From NCBI GenBank assembly GCA_003649205.1, contig QMRC01000012.1, forward strand, positions 1-55,614: a stretch of 55,614 nt of DNA. Direction: 5' to 3'. This document shows, in pieces, positions 1 to 9,554 of the stretch. A program made the position numbers and the translations under genes. The DNA comes from Thermoprotei archaeon. GTDB taxonomy: Archaea > Thermoproteota > Thermoprotei > Thermoproteales > B15-G16. Positions within the stretch are counted from its first letter, which is position 1; the number at the start of each line of letters is the position of its first letter. The notes under the pieces are model-generated. The model searched no databases. It was not told the DNA's origin and saw nothing but the letters and a program-made list of their open reading frames with translations.

Positions 1-534
1 ACTTACTACATTCCTCAAGATCCAGCTATAGTACTTACGAAGGAGGTGGTGAGTAAGTACATACACAAGCTACCTAGACCAGATATAGTGCTTGAGGTGG
101 TGAAGTACCTTGGTTTAGAAGATTCTTTAGAGAAGTCACCACTAGTTCTTAGCTTAGGTCAGAGAAGATGTTTAGCTATTGCCCTTGCTCTAGGTATGGA
201 CGTTGACTTACTGCTAGTTGATGAACCTACTCTTGGTCTAGATAATGTGGTTCTAGTCAAGTTAGCTAGAGTACTTAGGACATTCATTGAGCAGGGTAGA
301 TTGTCACTTGTAATTGCTACACAGGATCTAGAGTTTGCCGAGCATCTAGGTGTACCCACTAGGGCTGTACTAGTTGATTGTGGACGTATTGTTTTAGAGG
401 GTGATCTCCAGACCGTAGCGAGGATTTGGTACGGTATGTTGAGGGTAGTGAAGGTACCGAGGCTATGTACTGAACTTGGGTTAGATGTTGTTATGACTGT
501 TGATAGATTTTTTGAGAGGTATCTCATGTGCTAA
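1..534 (+). CDS. ECF/ABC transporter ATPase, 5'-truncated by window edge
   Basis: Frame is open from base 1 (TYYIPQDP, Q-loop). Signature LSLGQRR, Walker B LLLVDEPT; H-loop appears as ATQD. Confidence 0.85.
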   Translation, partial: TYYIPQDPAIVLTKEVVSKYIHKLPRPDIVLEVVKYLGLEDSLEKSPLVLSLGQRRCLAIALALGMDVDLLLVDEPTLGLDNVVLVKLARVLRTFIEQGRLSLVIATQDLEFAEHLGVPTRAVLVDCGRIVLEGDLQTVARIWYGMLRVVKVPRLCTELGLDVVMTVDRFFERYLMC

Positions 535-1253
535 GTCTAGTTCTCAAGCTCCTATCGTGTATGCTACATGTTAGGTATGAGGATAGGTTATCTGTAAATA
601 CACATCCGGTCCTCAGGATTCTCTATATTGTGTCTACGATGCTCATTGCAGTTGTGTCAAATGATCTTCGTGTACTCGTGTACTTGCTCTCGGTGGTGCT
701 TGTTCTCTCGATCATTGGTGATGTGGTGAGACAGGTGCTGTATAGCTTGGTAATATCGTCCATACCTCTTACATTCGTTACTGTAGTGATTACGGTTCTG
801 GAGTTTGGTGATGTACCTACATTAATGCAGAGATTAGGTGCTGTGTGGTTGAGAGCTTTCGTGTTGACAACTTCAACTATTTTACTTGTGAACTTAGTTA
901 AGCCAAGAGAGCTTGTTACACTAGGTAAGTTCCTTAGAGTACCTAAGTGGGTTACCCTATCGTACGTACTATCCCTTAGGTTAATCCCCCAGGTACTCGA
1001 TATGATGTATGAACTAGTGAAGATACATAGACCGAGAAAGCTACGTGATTACGTCGACGTACTTTCACTGGCTGTTTTACTCATGGTGAGAACTGGTGAG
1101 GAGATGACAGAGCAACTAATCCTGAGATACGCTAGCTATGGTGAGTATGTGATGGTTAATAGAGGTACTACCATAGGTAATTTAACACTCATAGCAGTGA
1201 CGGCACTCACAATTACGTTGTACATCACCACTAGCTTCATACCACCATTCTAA
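528..1253 (+). CDS. ECF transporter transmembrane component (EcfT/CbiQ-like)
   Basis: Multi-TM protein with HP..RIL start and LRLIP motif; overlaps the ATPase stop. Confidence 0.75.
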   Translation: MLSLVLKLLSCMLHVRYEDRLSVNTHPVLRILYIVSTMLIAVVSNDLRVLVYLLSVVLVLSIIGDVVRQVLYSLVISSIPLTFVTVVITVLEFGDVPTLMQRLGAVWLRAFVLTTSTILLVNLVKPRELVTLGKFLRVPKWVTLSYVLSLRLIPQVLDMMYELVKIHRPRKLRDYVDVLSLAVLLMVRTGEEMTEQLILRYASYGEYVMVNRGTTIGNLTLIAVTALTITLYITTSFIPPF

Positions 1254-1720
1254 GTGCTAAACAGTGAATAACATAGCGAACATCTTTCAAAGAGACTAAT
1301 GTCCCAATTACAAGTAAAAACTCTTTTAAGTGAGAATGCACCCTTAGAGCTCTCCATCGAACTACATTCTTGAATCCACTGCAATAGGTAGGCGAGAGGT
1401 ACTAGCCTAATTGTCCTACTAAGTACTAATGCAGATCGCAGATTCTAGCTGAATCGAATTCTGATACCTTATAGAGGGTGAAAATGAGAGTACCGACTAG
1501 AGTATTAGTTGTCTCCTCGAGTAGAGGTACGTAACTACCATAGATATTTAAGGTCGATCCCTACGGACTTCCTTACCTCATATCTGAGAAGTAGGTGAAG
1601 TGTTGGAGTTAATAGGAACTCACCACCAATACCTAGTACTGATGGGAGAGCCCATGATGATTTCTGATAATGGTAGTAGTGTGCATGCACAGTATCCATT
1701 AACCTTTTCCGAATCCAGTC

Positions 1721-2401
1721 TTGATTATGATGTTTATTTTCCAGTGTTCTCATGTAGGATTTAGATCGTTAGTTGAGGTGATTGCTCTGGGTAGTGAAGT
1801 TGCTAGAGAGGTTCTGCAGAAGTTCGATGAAGTAACTTCTAGGTATGGTAGAGGGGAGAGAGCGTGTAAGGTGTTTATACGCTGGTTGGTATCGGATATT
1901 ACCCGTTACCTTGAAATTTCGTCACTTAGATTTGGAGAAGGTAAGACTATACTCGATGTGATTAATGAGGTGTTTGGTGTTGATGCTCAGTTACTCCTTG
2001 TTGATTCTCTTCGTGAAAAGCTTCAGAGTGAGAAGGTGCTTGAGCAGACACTTAATCTGATATTCGATACCTACTTTAGTGACCTCAACGTATTTAAGAA
2101 GGTCATTGGCAAGGTACATAGCTTTGTCATTGGTGTTCCCTGGACATATTTACCACCTAGGTATAGCTGTGATGGTGTTTTCTGGTTTGATGCTGAACAC
2201 GTTAGGACTAAGGTTCAGCTCGTGAGAGTTGGTAAGCAGCTTATCTACATGTCTCACTGGAGAGCTAGTACATCAGATCTCGTTATTACAGTTGATTTGA
2301 GGAGTTCTATGGCCATAGTGACGGGTCCAACACTTATAGTTAGAAGTTCAAGGGAGGGACTTGACATTGGTTACTTAGCTAAGGTCATGTTGCCTAGGTA
2401 G
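1721..2401 (+). CDS. hypothetical protein (start probably GTG 1778 or later)
   Basis: 226-codon ORF with host-like codon usage; no motif recognised. Confidence 0.65.
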   Translation: MIMMFIFQCSHVGFRSLVEVIALGSEVAREVLQKFDEVTSRYGRGERACKVFIRWLVSDITRYLEISSLRFGEGKTILDVINEVFGVDAQLLLVDSLREKLQSEKVLEQTLNLIFDTYFSDLNVFKKVIGKVHSFVIGVPWTYLPPRYSCDGVFWFDAEHVRTKVQLVRVGKQLIYMSHWRASTSDLVITVDLRSSMAIVTGPTLIVRSSREGLDIGYLAKVMLPR

Positions 2402-3124
2402 TAACTTAGTGACTAGATCTTTCCTCTTAGACCACTCACTCTCTCTCAGCTTTTCAGTTAATTGCTGAATTTCACTACACCAATTTGGTAACATACTCCT
2501 GTAGTCAGTAACGTACCATTGTTTGACATCTAAGCTCTTCAGTGCTCTTGCCGTTAAGACGACGGTTCGCCCGACATTAGCTGCATCCAGAAGAGCTCTC
2601 TCATCACTTAGCACGTCACCTGACTTCGTGTAGTAAGCTAGTGCCCAAGGAGGAATGGCTATTCCAAAGGAGTTTAATACAGACATCATGTAGGCTATTA
2701 CTTGGATAGCGCCGGTATCATTCCCTACGGCTATGAATCCAGCGACCTTACCTTCTGCCCAACACTTGCCCTCAATGAATATCATGTGCTCGAGACAGGT
2801 CAATCTATCTATGAAGTTCTTGAGCACACCACTAGGACCATACCAGTAGATCGGTGTAGCTATTATGAGCGCATCAGAGGATAGTACCTTATCGAGTAGT
2901 ATCCTCATGTCATCATCTATAACGCACGGATACCTGCAGCAGCGTTCATCATCGCACAGACACCCAATACATGGCTCAATCCTGTAATCGTATAGATCTA
3001 CTCTCTCAACATCAGCACCCTCGTACTTAGCTGCTTTAAGAGCTATTTCAAGTAGCTTAGCAGTATTACCGTACTTCCTTGGTGAAGCATTTATACCGAG
3101 TACCTTAATACCCAAAGTACTCAC
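2375..3124 (-). CDS. iron-sulfur flavoprotein / NADPH-dependent FMN reductase (flavodoxin-like)
   Basis: NASPRKYGNT FMN loop, Cys cluster PCIGCLCDDERCCRYPC, ATPIYW and LKNFIDR. Confidence 0.9.
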   Translation of the reverse strand: MSTLGIKVLGINASPRKYGNTAKLLEIALKAAKYEGADVERVDLYDYRIEPCIGCLCDDERCCRYPCVIDDDMRILLDKVLSSDALIIATPIYWYGPSGVLKNFIDRLTCLEHMIFIEGKCWAEGKVAGFIAVGNDTGAIQVIAYMMSVLNSFGIAIPPWALAYYTKSGDVLSDERALLDAANVGRTVVLTARALKSLDVKQWYVTDYRSMLPNWCSEIQQLTEKLRESEWSKRKDLVTKLLPRQHDLS

Positions 3125-3182
3125 CTCACTATGTACCTCTGGTCAGACCATAACGAAGTGGTGGTGACTTTAAAACTATACC

Positions 3183-3665
3183 CTAGACATAGTCGAGTAG
3201 TGATCTCACATCACTAACATCACTACTCTCCTTCAAGTGCTTAGATCTAGGTGGGTATCCTCTTGAGGAGGCAAATTCCTCAAGATATTTAATGACCTCG
3301 CGTTTAACCCCAATGAATATACCATCGACTTTACCTCCGACCACACATCCTCCTCTATAGTTTCTAGGTAAAATCTCACGAAGTTCTTCCGAGTATATTG
3401 ACATGTGAAGTTCTCTACTTGGGACTATGACCAGTACGTAATCCCTTGTTTGCGTACTGAGTATGGCCGGTAGTACCTCTCGATAACTAATACTGAGCAT
3501 CTTCTCTAGTTCTGGATACTCAACATCGATGTGTGTTACTCTAGCTAGTGAGTACCCCTTAACGTGGATGTAGAGGTCAGGCCTTATCGTTGAGATCTGT
3601 GCTCGTGACTTTATGACTACTTTATCACATCTAATGCTTACCTTCCCAGGTGCGGGACCTGTCAT
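3183..3665 (-). CDS. hypothetical protein
   Basis: 160-aa ORF, ATG start, downstream of the ECF operon on the same strand. Confidence 0.7.
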   Translation of the reverse strand: MTGPAPGKVSIRCDKVVIKSRAQISTIRPDLYIHVKGYSLARVTHIDVEYPELEKMLSISYREVLPAILSTQTRDYVLVIVPSRELHMSIYSEELREILPRNYRGGCVVGGKVDGIFIGVKREVIKYLEEFASSRGYPPRSKHLKESSDVSDVRSLLDYV

Positions 3666-3673
3666 GTAGTTCA

Positions 3674-3729
3674 GCTCAGTCTAGGTGTTGCTCCTCATCA
3701 AGTCAGGCCGCAGGGAAATTCATCATGGC
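3674..3729 (-). ncRNA. box C/D guide sRNA targeting 16S rRNA; overlaps the ATPase 3' end
   Basis: Minus strand reads ATGATGA-ATTTCCCTGCGGC-CTGA-cttg-ATGAGGA-GCAACACCTAGA-CTGA. Guides are complementary to recalled crenarchaeal 16S sequences GCCGCAGGGAA and CTAGGTGTTG. Confidence 0.92.
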
Positions 3730-5460
3730 CTCTTCACTACCTCTCCTAGGTTTGAGGTACTTAAGGAGTTCTCTAGTAGTTATTACATCTGCTAATACAC
3801 CATGCTTACGTAGTGCTCTAGCAACCTTCATCGCACAGGGGATTACTAGGTGTGCTTTCTCAACTATGTCTTCTCTACTCAGTACTTCACTTGGTACTCC
3901 ATCAGCAATAACCATACCATTGCATAGGACCACCATTCTATCCACATACTCGAGAGCTAGTGGTATATCGTGTGTAATCACGATAACCGTATGTCCTCTA
4001 TCTCTAAGCTCCTTAAGTAAGTCCATTATCTCTCTAGAGGTTCTACGATCTTGACCTGTTGTAGGTTCATCAACGATAATCACCTCAGGATCTAGAGCCA
4101 ATGTAGCTGCTAACGCTAATCTCCTCCGTTCACCTTTACTCAAGAAGAACGGGTGTTCATTCTCTAGACCCTTCAACCCAAAAACTTCAAGAAGCTCTCT
4201 AACCCGTCTCTCAACAACATCACTGGGTAAACCAAGCTGCCTAGGACCGAACTCAATTTCTTCCCTAACACTCCTACAGAATAGTTGATGATCTGGATTC
4301 TGAAACACATAGTTAACCACCTTAACTAAATCCCTCTTCCTCCACTTCGTCACACTAACACCCTTAACCAATACATCACCTCTAGTCGGTCGAAGCAAAC
4401 CACAGAGAATCTTAGCTAGAGTTGTCTTACCTGAACCATTAGGACCTACAAGAGCTACGTACTCACCCTTCCTAAATTCTAGAGAAACACCCCTAAGAGC
4501 AACAATATTAGGTGGATACACATGATGAACATCTACACACCTCAACACTACCTCATTACCTACACTGCATTGTTGAGTGATCTCCTCCGTAGCTGACTTA
4601 ACTTCCTTAACTTCCAGTAAACCCTTACTAAGGTAGTCGTCAACTAACCAACACAACTCATCACTAGACCTCGGTGGAGGTACCTTAAGTGCTCTCGAGA
4701 TCTCAACTACCTCAGGAACATCAACACCAATCTTCTTCAGCACATCATAGTACCTTGTAAAGACCTCCCTAGGTTCACCCTCACAAATGATCTCACCACT
4801 AGAAAGAACGATAACTCGATCAGCATACTTCAGTAGGAAATCTAGCTCATGAGTAACCAACACAATAGTCATATCTAGCTCCTTCCTGATACGTACAATA
4901 GCTGAGAGGACACCCTCCTTATCTCTAGGATCTAGATCGGATGTAGGTTCATCGAGAACTAAGATACGAGGTTGTCTAGCTAGTATAGACGCAATAGCAA
5001 CCCTCTGCTTCTCACCACCACTTAAATCAAGTGGACTCCTATTGAGGAACTCCATAGGTAAACCAACAATATCGAGAGCCCACCTAATTCTCTCCCTAAT
5101 CTCCTCAGGAGGTAGATTAAGCATCTCAAGACCAATAACCAGCTCATCCTCAACAGTAGTCATTATGAACTGAGTTTCAGGATCCTCAAAGACAAGACCA
5201 ACGTACTTCGCTAGCTCAGTGGTATCTACATCCGTTGTACTGCGGCCAAACACCTTAACGCAACCACTAAACTCACCAGGAATCCTCTGAGGAATAATCC
5301 CCACAAAGCAAAGACAGAGAGTAGTCTTACCAGCACCGGAAGGACCGACAATACCAACAAACTCGCCCTTCTCAACATGTAGATTAACGTCCTTAAGCAC
5401 ATACGTATCCCTACCTGAGTACTTCCACCGAAGAGATTCAACCTCAATCACCTTACCCAT
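3703..5460 (-). CDS. ECF transporter ATPase with duplicated ABC domains
   Basis: Two Walker A motifs (GPSGAGKT, GPNGSGKT), LSGGEKQR/LSKGERRR signatures and DEPT motifs. GAGGTGA RBS precedes ATG 5460. Confidence 0.95.
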   Translation of the reverse strand: MGKVIEVESLRWKYSGRDTYVLKDVNLHVEKGEFVGIVGPSGAGKTTLCLCFVGIIPQRIPGEFSGCVKVFGRSTTDVDTTELAKYVGLVFEDPETQFIMTTVEDELVIGLEMLNLPPEEIRERIRWALDIVGLPMEFLNRSPLDLSGGEKQRVAIASILARQPRILVLDEPTSDLDPRDKEGVLSAIVRIRKELDMTIVLVTHELDFLLKYADRVIVLSSGEIICEGEPREVFTRYYDVLKKIGVDVPEVVEISRALKVPPPRSSDELCWLVDDYLSKGLLEVKEVKSATEEITQQCSVGNEVVLRCVDVHHVYPPNIVALRGVSLEFRKGEYVALVGPNGSGKTTLAKILCGLLRPTRGDVLVKGVSVTKWRKRDLVKVVNYVFQNPDHQLFCRSVREEIEFGPRQLGLPSDVVERRVRELLEVFGLKGLENEHPFFLSKGERRRLALAATLALDPEVIIVDEPTTGQDRRTSREIMDLLKELRDRGHTVIVITHDIPLALEYVDRMVVLCNGMVIADGVPSEVLSREDIVEKAHLVIPCAMKVARALRKHGVLADVITTRELLKYLKPRRGSEEAMMNFPAA

Positions 5461-5484
5461 TTCATCACCTCTCAAGCAACAGCA

Positions 5485-6321
5485 CTAAACAAAACCAATT
5501 AAATGGAGGTAGAATAGCACAGGCACTAGAACAAACACCATAGACACAGCTAAGTCACGCATAGTGAAGGTCATTCTATAGTAAGTACTGACCTTACCTG
5601 GTCTTATTCTTAAACCTCTAGCCTCTAGAGCGAGTGAAACCTCATAGCTCCTCCTAATCATCAGTACAAATAACGGGATCAACATGTAGAAGTAAGTCCT
5701 TAACTTACCAGGTAGAGAAGCCTCTTCAAGAGAGAGACCACGTAGAGAAATAGCATCACGAACTACGAAGAAATCATTGATGAATAGTGAGATACCTCTA
5801 AACACAAGTGCGAGAGCTACAGCAACTACGTAAGGACACTTAATACTTCTCAAACCCCAAATGAGTTCACGCTCATTAACTATATTGAGCAGTAGCACTG
5901 CTGTGAATATCATAACTAAGAACTTAGAACCGAGAATGAAGATATACTTAAGAGATTCATCCGTGATGAGGATACGCCAAACGAAGACACCTCTCTCAGC
6001 AACCACACGAAGTAACTCAACATCAACCAGTACGTACCTACCTGGTAAGGGAGTAATCAAGGTATAGGAGAGAGCTATTAGCTGAAGAATGCCAATGAAT
6101 ACGAGCACGTACTTCCTAAGAGCACCTAGAGTTACGTGTGAGAGATAAAGCAAAGTACCAGAGAGCAGGAGGAGAGCAATAGCGCTAAAGACATCACCCA
6201 CCATTATCACAGAGATACTCAATGACATTACAATAACTAGCTTAGTCACGACGTGGAGTCTATGAATCCAAGTGGGTTTAGCACATATCCCCAGTAATGT
6301 GTGAAATACCTGTGTACCCAT
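5485..6321 (-). CDS. ECF transporter transmembrane component EcfT
   Basis: IHRLHVVTKL start and two coupling motifs (SLRG, ALEARG). GGTGA RBS precedes ATG 6321. Confidence 0.9.
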   Translation of the reverse strand: MGTQVFHTLLGICAKPTWIHRLHVVTKLVIVMSLSISVIMVGDVFSAIALLLLSGTLLYLSHVTLGALRKYVLVFIGILQLIALSYTLITPLPGRYVLVDVELLRVVAERGVFVWRILITDESLKYIFILGSKFLVMIFTAVLLLNIVNERELIWGLRSIKCPYVVAVALALVFRGISLFINDFFVVRDAISLRGLSLEEASLPGKLRTYFYMLIPLFVLMIRRSYEVSLALEARGLRIRPGKVSTYYRMTFTMRDLAVSMVFVLVPVLFYLHLIGFV

Positions 6322-6376
6322 AATGTCACCACGGTTACCTACATAGTGATAGGAAAAAGAGAGGGAGTACAACATG

Positions 6377-7168
6377 TTAACTAAACCAACCTCTCACATA
6401 TATTGGAGTTCTCTTGATTAGTGGAGTCAGGGTAACGAGTAGTGCTGTTCCAATGGTTGATAGCACTATCATGTCACCAATGACCCACCCAGTGAAGACA
6501 ATCGTGAATGGTGCTTTGCCGTAGAGCGGTGATAGACCAGGTATTAGGCACAGAGTTCCTGCACCCCATAGACCACTAACGAGAGAGGCCAATACAATAC
6601 CTGATACTATGTACGTGACCCAAGTCTTTACATCACCTACCAAGGCACCGATAATTATGCCTACAATAGCTAGCACTATGCCGCAGTACATGAGAGCAAG
6701 AGCTATGGTTGTAAAGGGATGACCGAATACACCGAGGTAGTGGTTGATTAGTGCACCTATTATGACTAGACCAGCACCTGTAACGACGAGTGGCGCCATT
6801 ACCTTGACGAACTTAGGCTTCTTAACGCTGAAGTCAGGATCTATCCTGAGCAATCTGAAGAACAGTAGCGGCATTAAACCCTCGAGGAAGTCACACCATG
6901 ACCATACAAATGAGAACAGTGGACTGTAGCCTGATGGTACTAGACCTAGGAAGAAACAGCTTAAGTACCCAGCCAAGCACCCCCACATACCCATCCATAT
7001 CGCTAGAGGAACGTAGACAGCAGCAGCTATGTAGAGAGCAGAAACACCAGGAGCTGGTGGTACAGGAGCAGCTATGACAGCAAAGACCGCTAGTACGTAG
7101 CACACTGCTGTAGCGAGAGCAAATGACGCAATGTGCATCCAGGTAATTCTAGTTCTCGACCTACTCAT
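6377..7168 (-). CDS. membrane protein, probable ECF substrate-specific component
   Basis: About 8 hydrophobic segments; first gene of the EcfT/ATPase operon. Confidence 0.7.
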   Translation of the reverse strand: MSRSRTRITWMHIASFALATAVCYVLAVFAVIAAPVPPAPGVSALYIAAAVYVPLAIWMGMWGCLAGYLSCFFLGLVPSGYSPLFSFVWSWCDFLEGLMPLLFFRLLRIDPDFSVKKPKFVKVMAPLVVTGAGLVIIGALINHYLGVFGHPFTTIALALMYCGIVLAIVGIIIGALVGDVKTWVTYIVSGIVLASLVSGLWGAGTLCLIPGLSPLYGKAPFTIVFTGWVIGDMIVLSTIGTALLVTLTPLIKRTPIYVRGWFS

Positions 7169-7323
7169 GGTTTACGTACTTGATTCAATGTAATATAAAG
7201 CTTACCCTCAATAGAGTCCATACGTAATTTAATCGAATAAGTAAATGATTTGAGGTTAGAGATTTTAGACAGTAACTTAACACCTAGTCTAGCACCCCCA
7301 GGTAAGGGCTTGAGATGTAGTCT

Positions 7324-7884
7324 ATGACTCAGCTAGCTATACTACTTCAACCACTTGTGTCTAGAGATGATGATCTCCTTCTCTACCTAGCTAATGGTAT
7401 TGAGCAAGTACTTGGTGTTAAGTGCTTTGTTGCTAGTGAAGTTCTTGAGATTCCTAGGGAATTCTATGATGTCGTTAGGGGTCAGTACATTAGCGATTTA
7501 GTGCTTCAGTACCTCAAGTACGTATTCGGTAGTAGTAACTTCTTGAGGGTGCTTGGTGTTGCTGATGTGGATGCGTACTCTAATGGCTTGAACTTCGTAT
7601 TTGGTCAAGCTGAGTTAGGTGGTAAGGTCGCTGTCATATATTTACCGAGGTTGAGATGTGAGTTTTACGGTATGGAACCTAATCGTGAGCTGTTCTTGGT
7701 TCGTGCACTTAAGGAGGCAATTCATGAACTTGGACATACCTTTGGTCTTGAGCACTGTAGTGATAGGCTTTGTGTCATGTCTTTTTCGAACTCCATACTC
7801 GATACAGATAGGAAGAGCTATAACTTCTGCTCCAAATGTAGATCATTAATTGAGAGTAGACTTAAAAGATACTTAGTGAAGTAG
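7324..7884 (+). CDS. amzA: archaemetzincin (peptidase M54)
   Basis: HELGHTFGLEHC-x4-CVMSFS...FCSKC motif, plus RGQY and NFVFG. Confidence 0.95.
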   Translation: MTQLAILLQPLVSRDDDLLLYLANGIEQVLGVKCFVASEVLEIPREFYDVVRGQYISDLVLQYLKYVFGSSNFLRVLGVADVDAYSNGLNFVFGQAELGGKVAVIYLPRLRCEFYGMEPNRELFLVRALKEAIHELGHTFGLEHCSDRLCVMSFSNSILDTDRKSYNFCSKCRSLIESRLKRYLVK

Positions 7885-8684
7885 TGTTCAACCACCAGCT
7901 TCGTGGTGATTTCGTGAATTTAGTGCTACCACTGTACAAAATCTGTACACTTCCTTCAAGTCTCTCTACGAGGAGACGTAGGATTGAGAGGTTTGCTAGA
8001 AGGATGCTGAGGAAGTTAACTGGTAGAGCAATTGATGTTAGGGTATACCTACTTCAAGCCAACTTAATTCACGGACTATCAATTCGTGAGAAGAGGGGTA
8101 AGTACAAAGTCGTTGTTGCTGGACCCCTCAAATACCCAATAGAGGCATTGGTTGTTCATGAAGTAATTCACGTAGTTCACGACTTTAAGGGTCTATACCC
8201 AAAGAGGTACCACCTAAAGGCTTGCCGATGCACAGCAGTTTGGAGGCTCTGCCTAGAGCTAGTGAAGGACCTCTACGTAGAGAACGAACTACTCGAGATC
8301 ACTGGTGGTATTCACCACGACCTACTGTACAGTGCCTACATTGACAGTATTAAGTGGTGTACAGAGCTAACACATAACTACTTTGAGAGGATGTGGAACA
8401 TAGCAACAATGCTACAGTACTACGTACTTTCACATATCTACATACCATCACTATACACGTACTTCAGAAAATTCTGGAATGAGTTTCTCGAGAATATGAG
8501 TAGGGAAGAGACCGAAAGAGTAGTTGAAGCTGCTGAGAAGCTACTTGACCTAGCAGAGAGCTGTGGAAAACCAAGTTCTGAGAAGATACTTCGTGAAACA
8601 ACAGCTATAGCAGAGGTATTGACGGGAACAGATCTCTACATAGTTTATGAGGGTGCATCACCTTACATATGCTGTATCCACTAG
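7884..8684 (+). CDS. hypothetical HExxH zinc-metallopeptidase-like protein
   Basis: LVVHEVIHVVH followed by KDLYVE; start overlaps the amzA stop (TAGTG). Confidence 0.6.
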   Translation: MFNHQLRGDFVNLVLPLYKICTLPSSLSTRRRRIERFARRMLRKLTGRAIDVRVYLLQANLIHGLSIREKRGKYKVVVAGPLKYPIEALVVHEVIHVVHDFKGLYPKRYHLKACRCTAVWRLCLELVKDLYVENELLEITGGIHHDLLYSAYIDSIKWCTELTHNYFERMWNIATMLQYYVLSHIYIPSLYTYFRKFWNEFLENMSREETERVVEAAEKLLDLAESCGKPSSEKILRETTAIAEVLTGTDLYIVYEGASPYICCIH

Positions 8685-8691
8685 TCGATCC

Positions 8692-9258
8692 CTACTTCCT
8701 ATACGTAATGTTCACAGGTTTACCTTGCTGTAGAATAATTTCAGGTACCTTATCCCTATATCTCATTAGGAACTCATAGTCCTCATCGAGAGATCTTAAG
8801 TCATCAGGAAGCATTTCAGGAATTTCCTCACGAATAGGGTACCACCTCAAACAATTTGGACAGTAGAGAATACCTTCAACTACTTCCCTCTTAATGCATT
8901 CTTCACAGGGTAGTTCACTTGGATTAGGATGAAACATCTCACTCTCCTTACCTTCCCTAATTATTTTCTCAACAATTTGTGCAATTTCCTCACTAAGGTA
9001 GTAACCAGTTTCTTCAGTAACTCTCTTCGCAACCTCAGAATACGATAAACCTTGATCTCTCAACTCAATAACTCTCCTTCTAACATTCTCTGGAACGATG
9101 TACTTCCTATAGAGACCACAGTACACTTCACAATGAGGCTTACTTAATTCACTAGGGTACTTAACCTCAGGATTGACCCTCTCAGAAAACACAACGTACT
9201 CTAGCGGAAAGTACTTACACATTGGGCAAGCTAATATATCCAGTAACCTGTATCTCAT
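8692..9258 (-). CDS. trm112: Trm112-family methyltransferase activator with internal HTH-like insertion
   Basis: LLDILACPMC...EGILYCPNCLRWYPIREEIPEML, plus a second Cys set CEVYC/CEEC. Confidence 0.88.
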   Translation of the reverse strand: MRYRLLDILACPMCKYFPLEYVVFSERVNPEVKYPSELSKPHCEVYCGLYRKYIVPENVRRRVIELRDQGLSYSEVAKRVTEETGYYLSEEIAQIVEKIIREGKESEMFHPNPSELPCEECIKREVVEGILYCPNCLRWYPIREEIPEMLPDDLRSLDEDYEFLMRYRDKVPEIILQQGKPVNITYRK

Positions 9259-9316
9259 CTACAACACCACGAAAAGACCTAGAGCCTAACCTCCTTAAAA
9301 GAAATACCTACATAAT

Positions 9317-9369
9317 GTTCAGCTAGGGGGCTTCCTCACTGCTCAGAGCTGCAATGGATCATCACTAAC
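9317..9369 (-). ncRNA. box C/D guide sRNA
   Basis: GTGATGA-TCCATTGCAGCT-CTGA-gca-GTGAGGA-AGCCCCCTAG-CTGA. The D' guide is complementary to recalled Thermoproteales 16S AGCTGCAATGG. Confidence 0.9.
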
Positions 9370-9430
9370 ACGATTAACTTAGAAACTCACCAAAATAACT
9401 TTAACTACAGTCACAAGATATTGAGTACGA

Positions 9431-9486
9431 AGAGATGATGAACCACGCAGGGACGGAATAGTGAAGAAGATTCTGAGTACTGACTT
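9431..9486 (+). ncRNA. box C/D guide sRNA
   Basis: ATGATGA-ACCACGCAGGGA-CGGA-ata-GTGAAGA-AGATTCTGAGTA-CTGA, with two 12-nt guides. Confidence 0.88.
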
Positions 9487-9554
9487 GCCCTACTTCCCTC
9501 CTCTACTTGCTACATCTACATTCAGGTTTAAACCTAGTTCTTAGAAACTATATG

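Noticed and set aside
1590-1670. CTGA-hairpin-ATGATGA K-turn-like motif
   Set aside because: Box spacing does not fit a C/D guide (only 3 nt to the next CTGA, no clear upstream box C).
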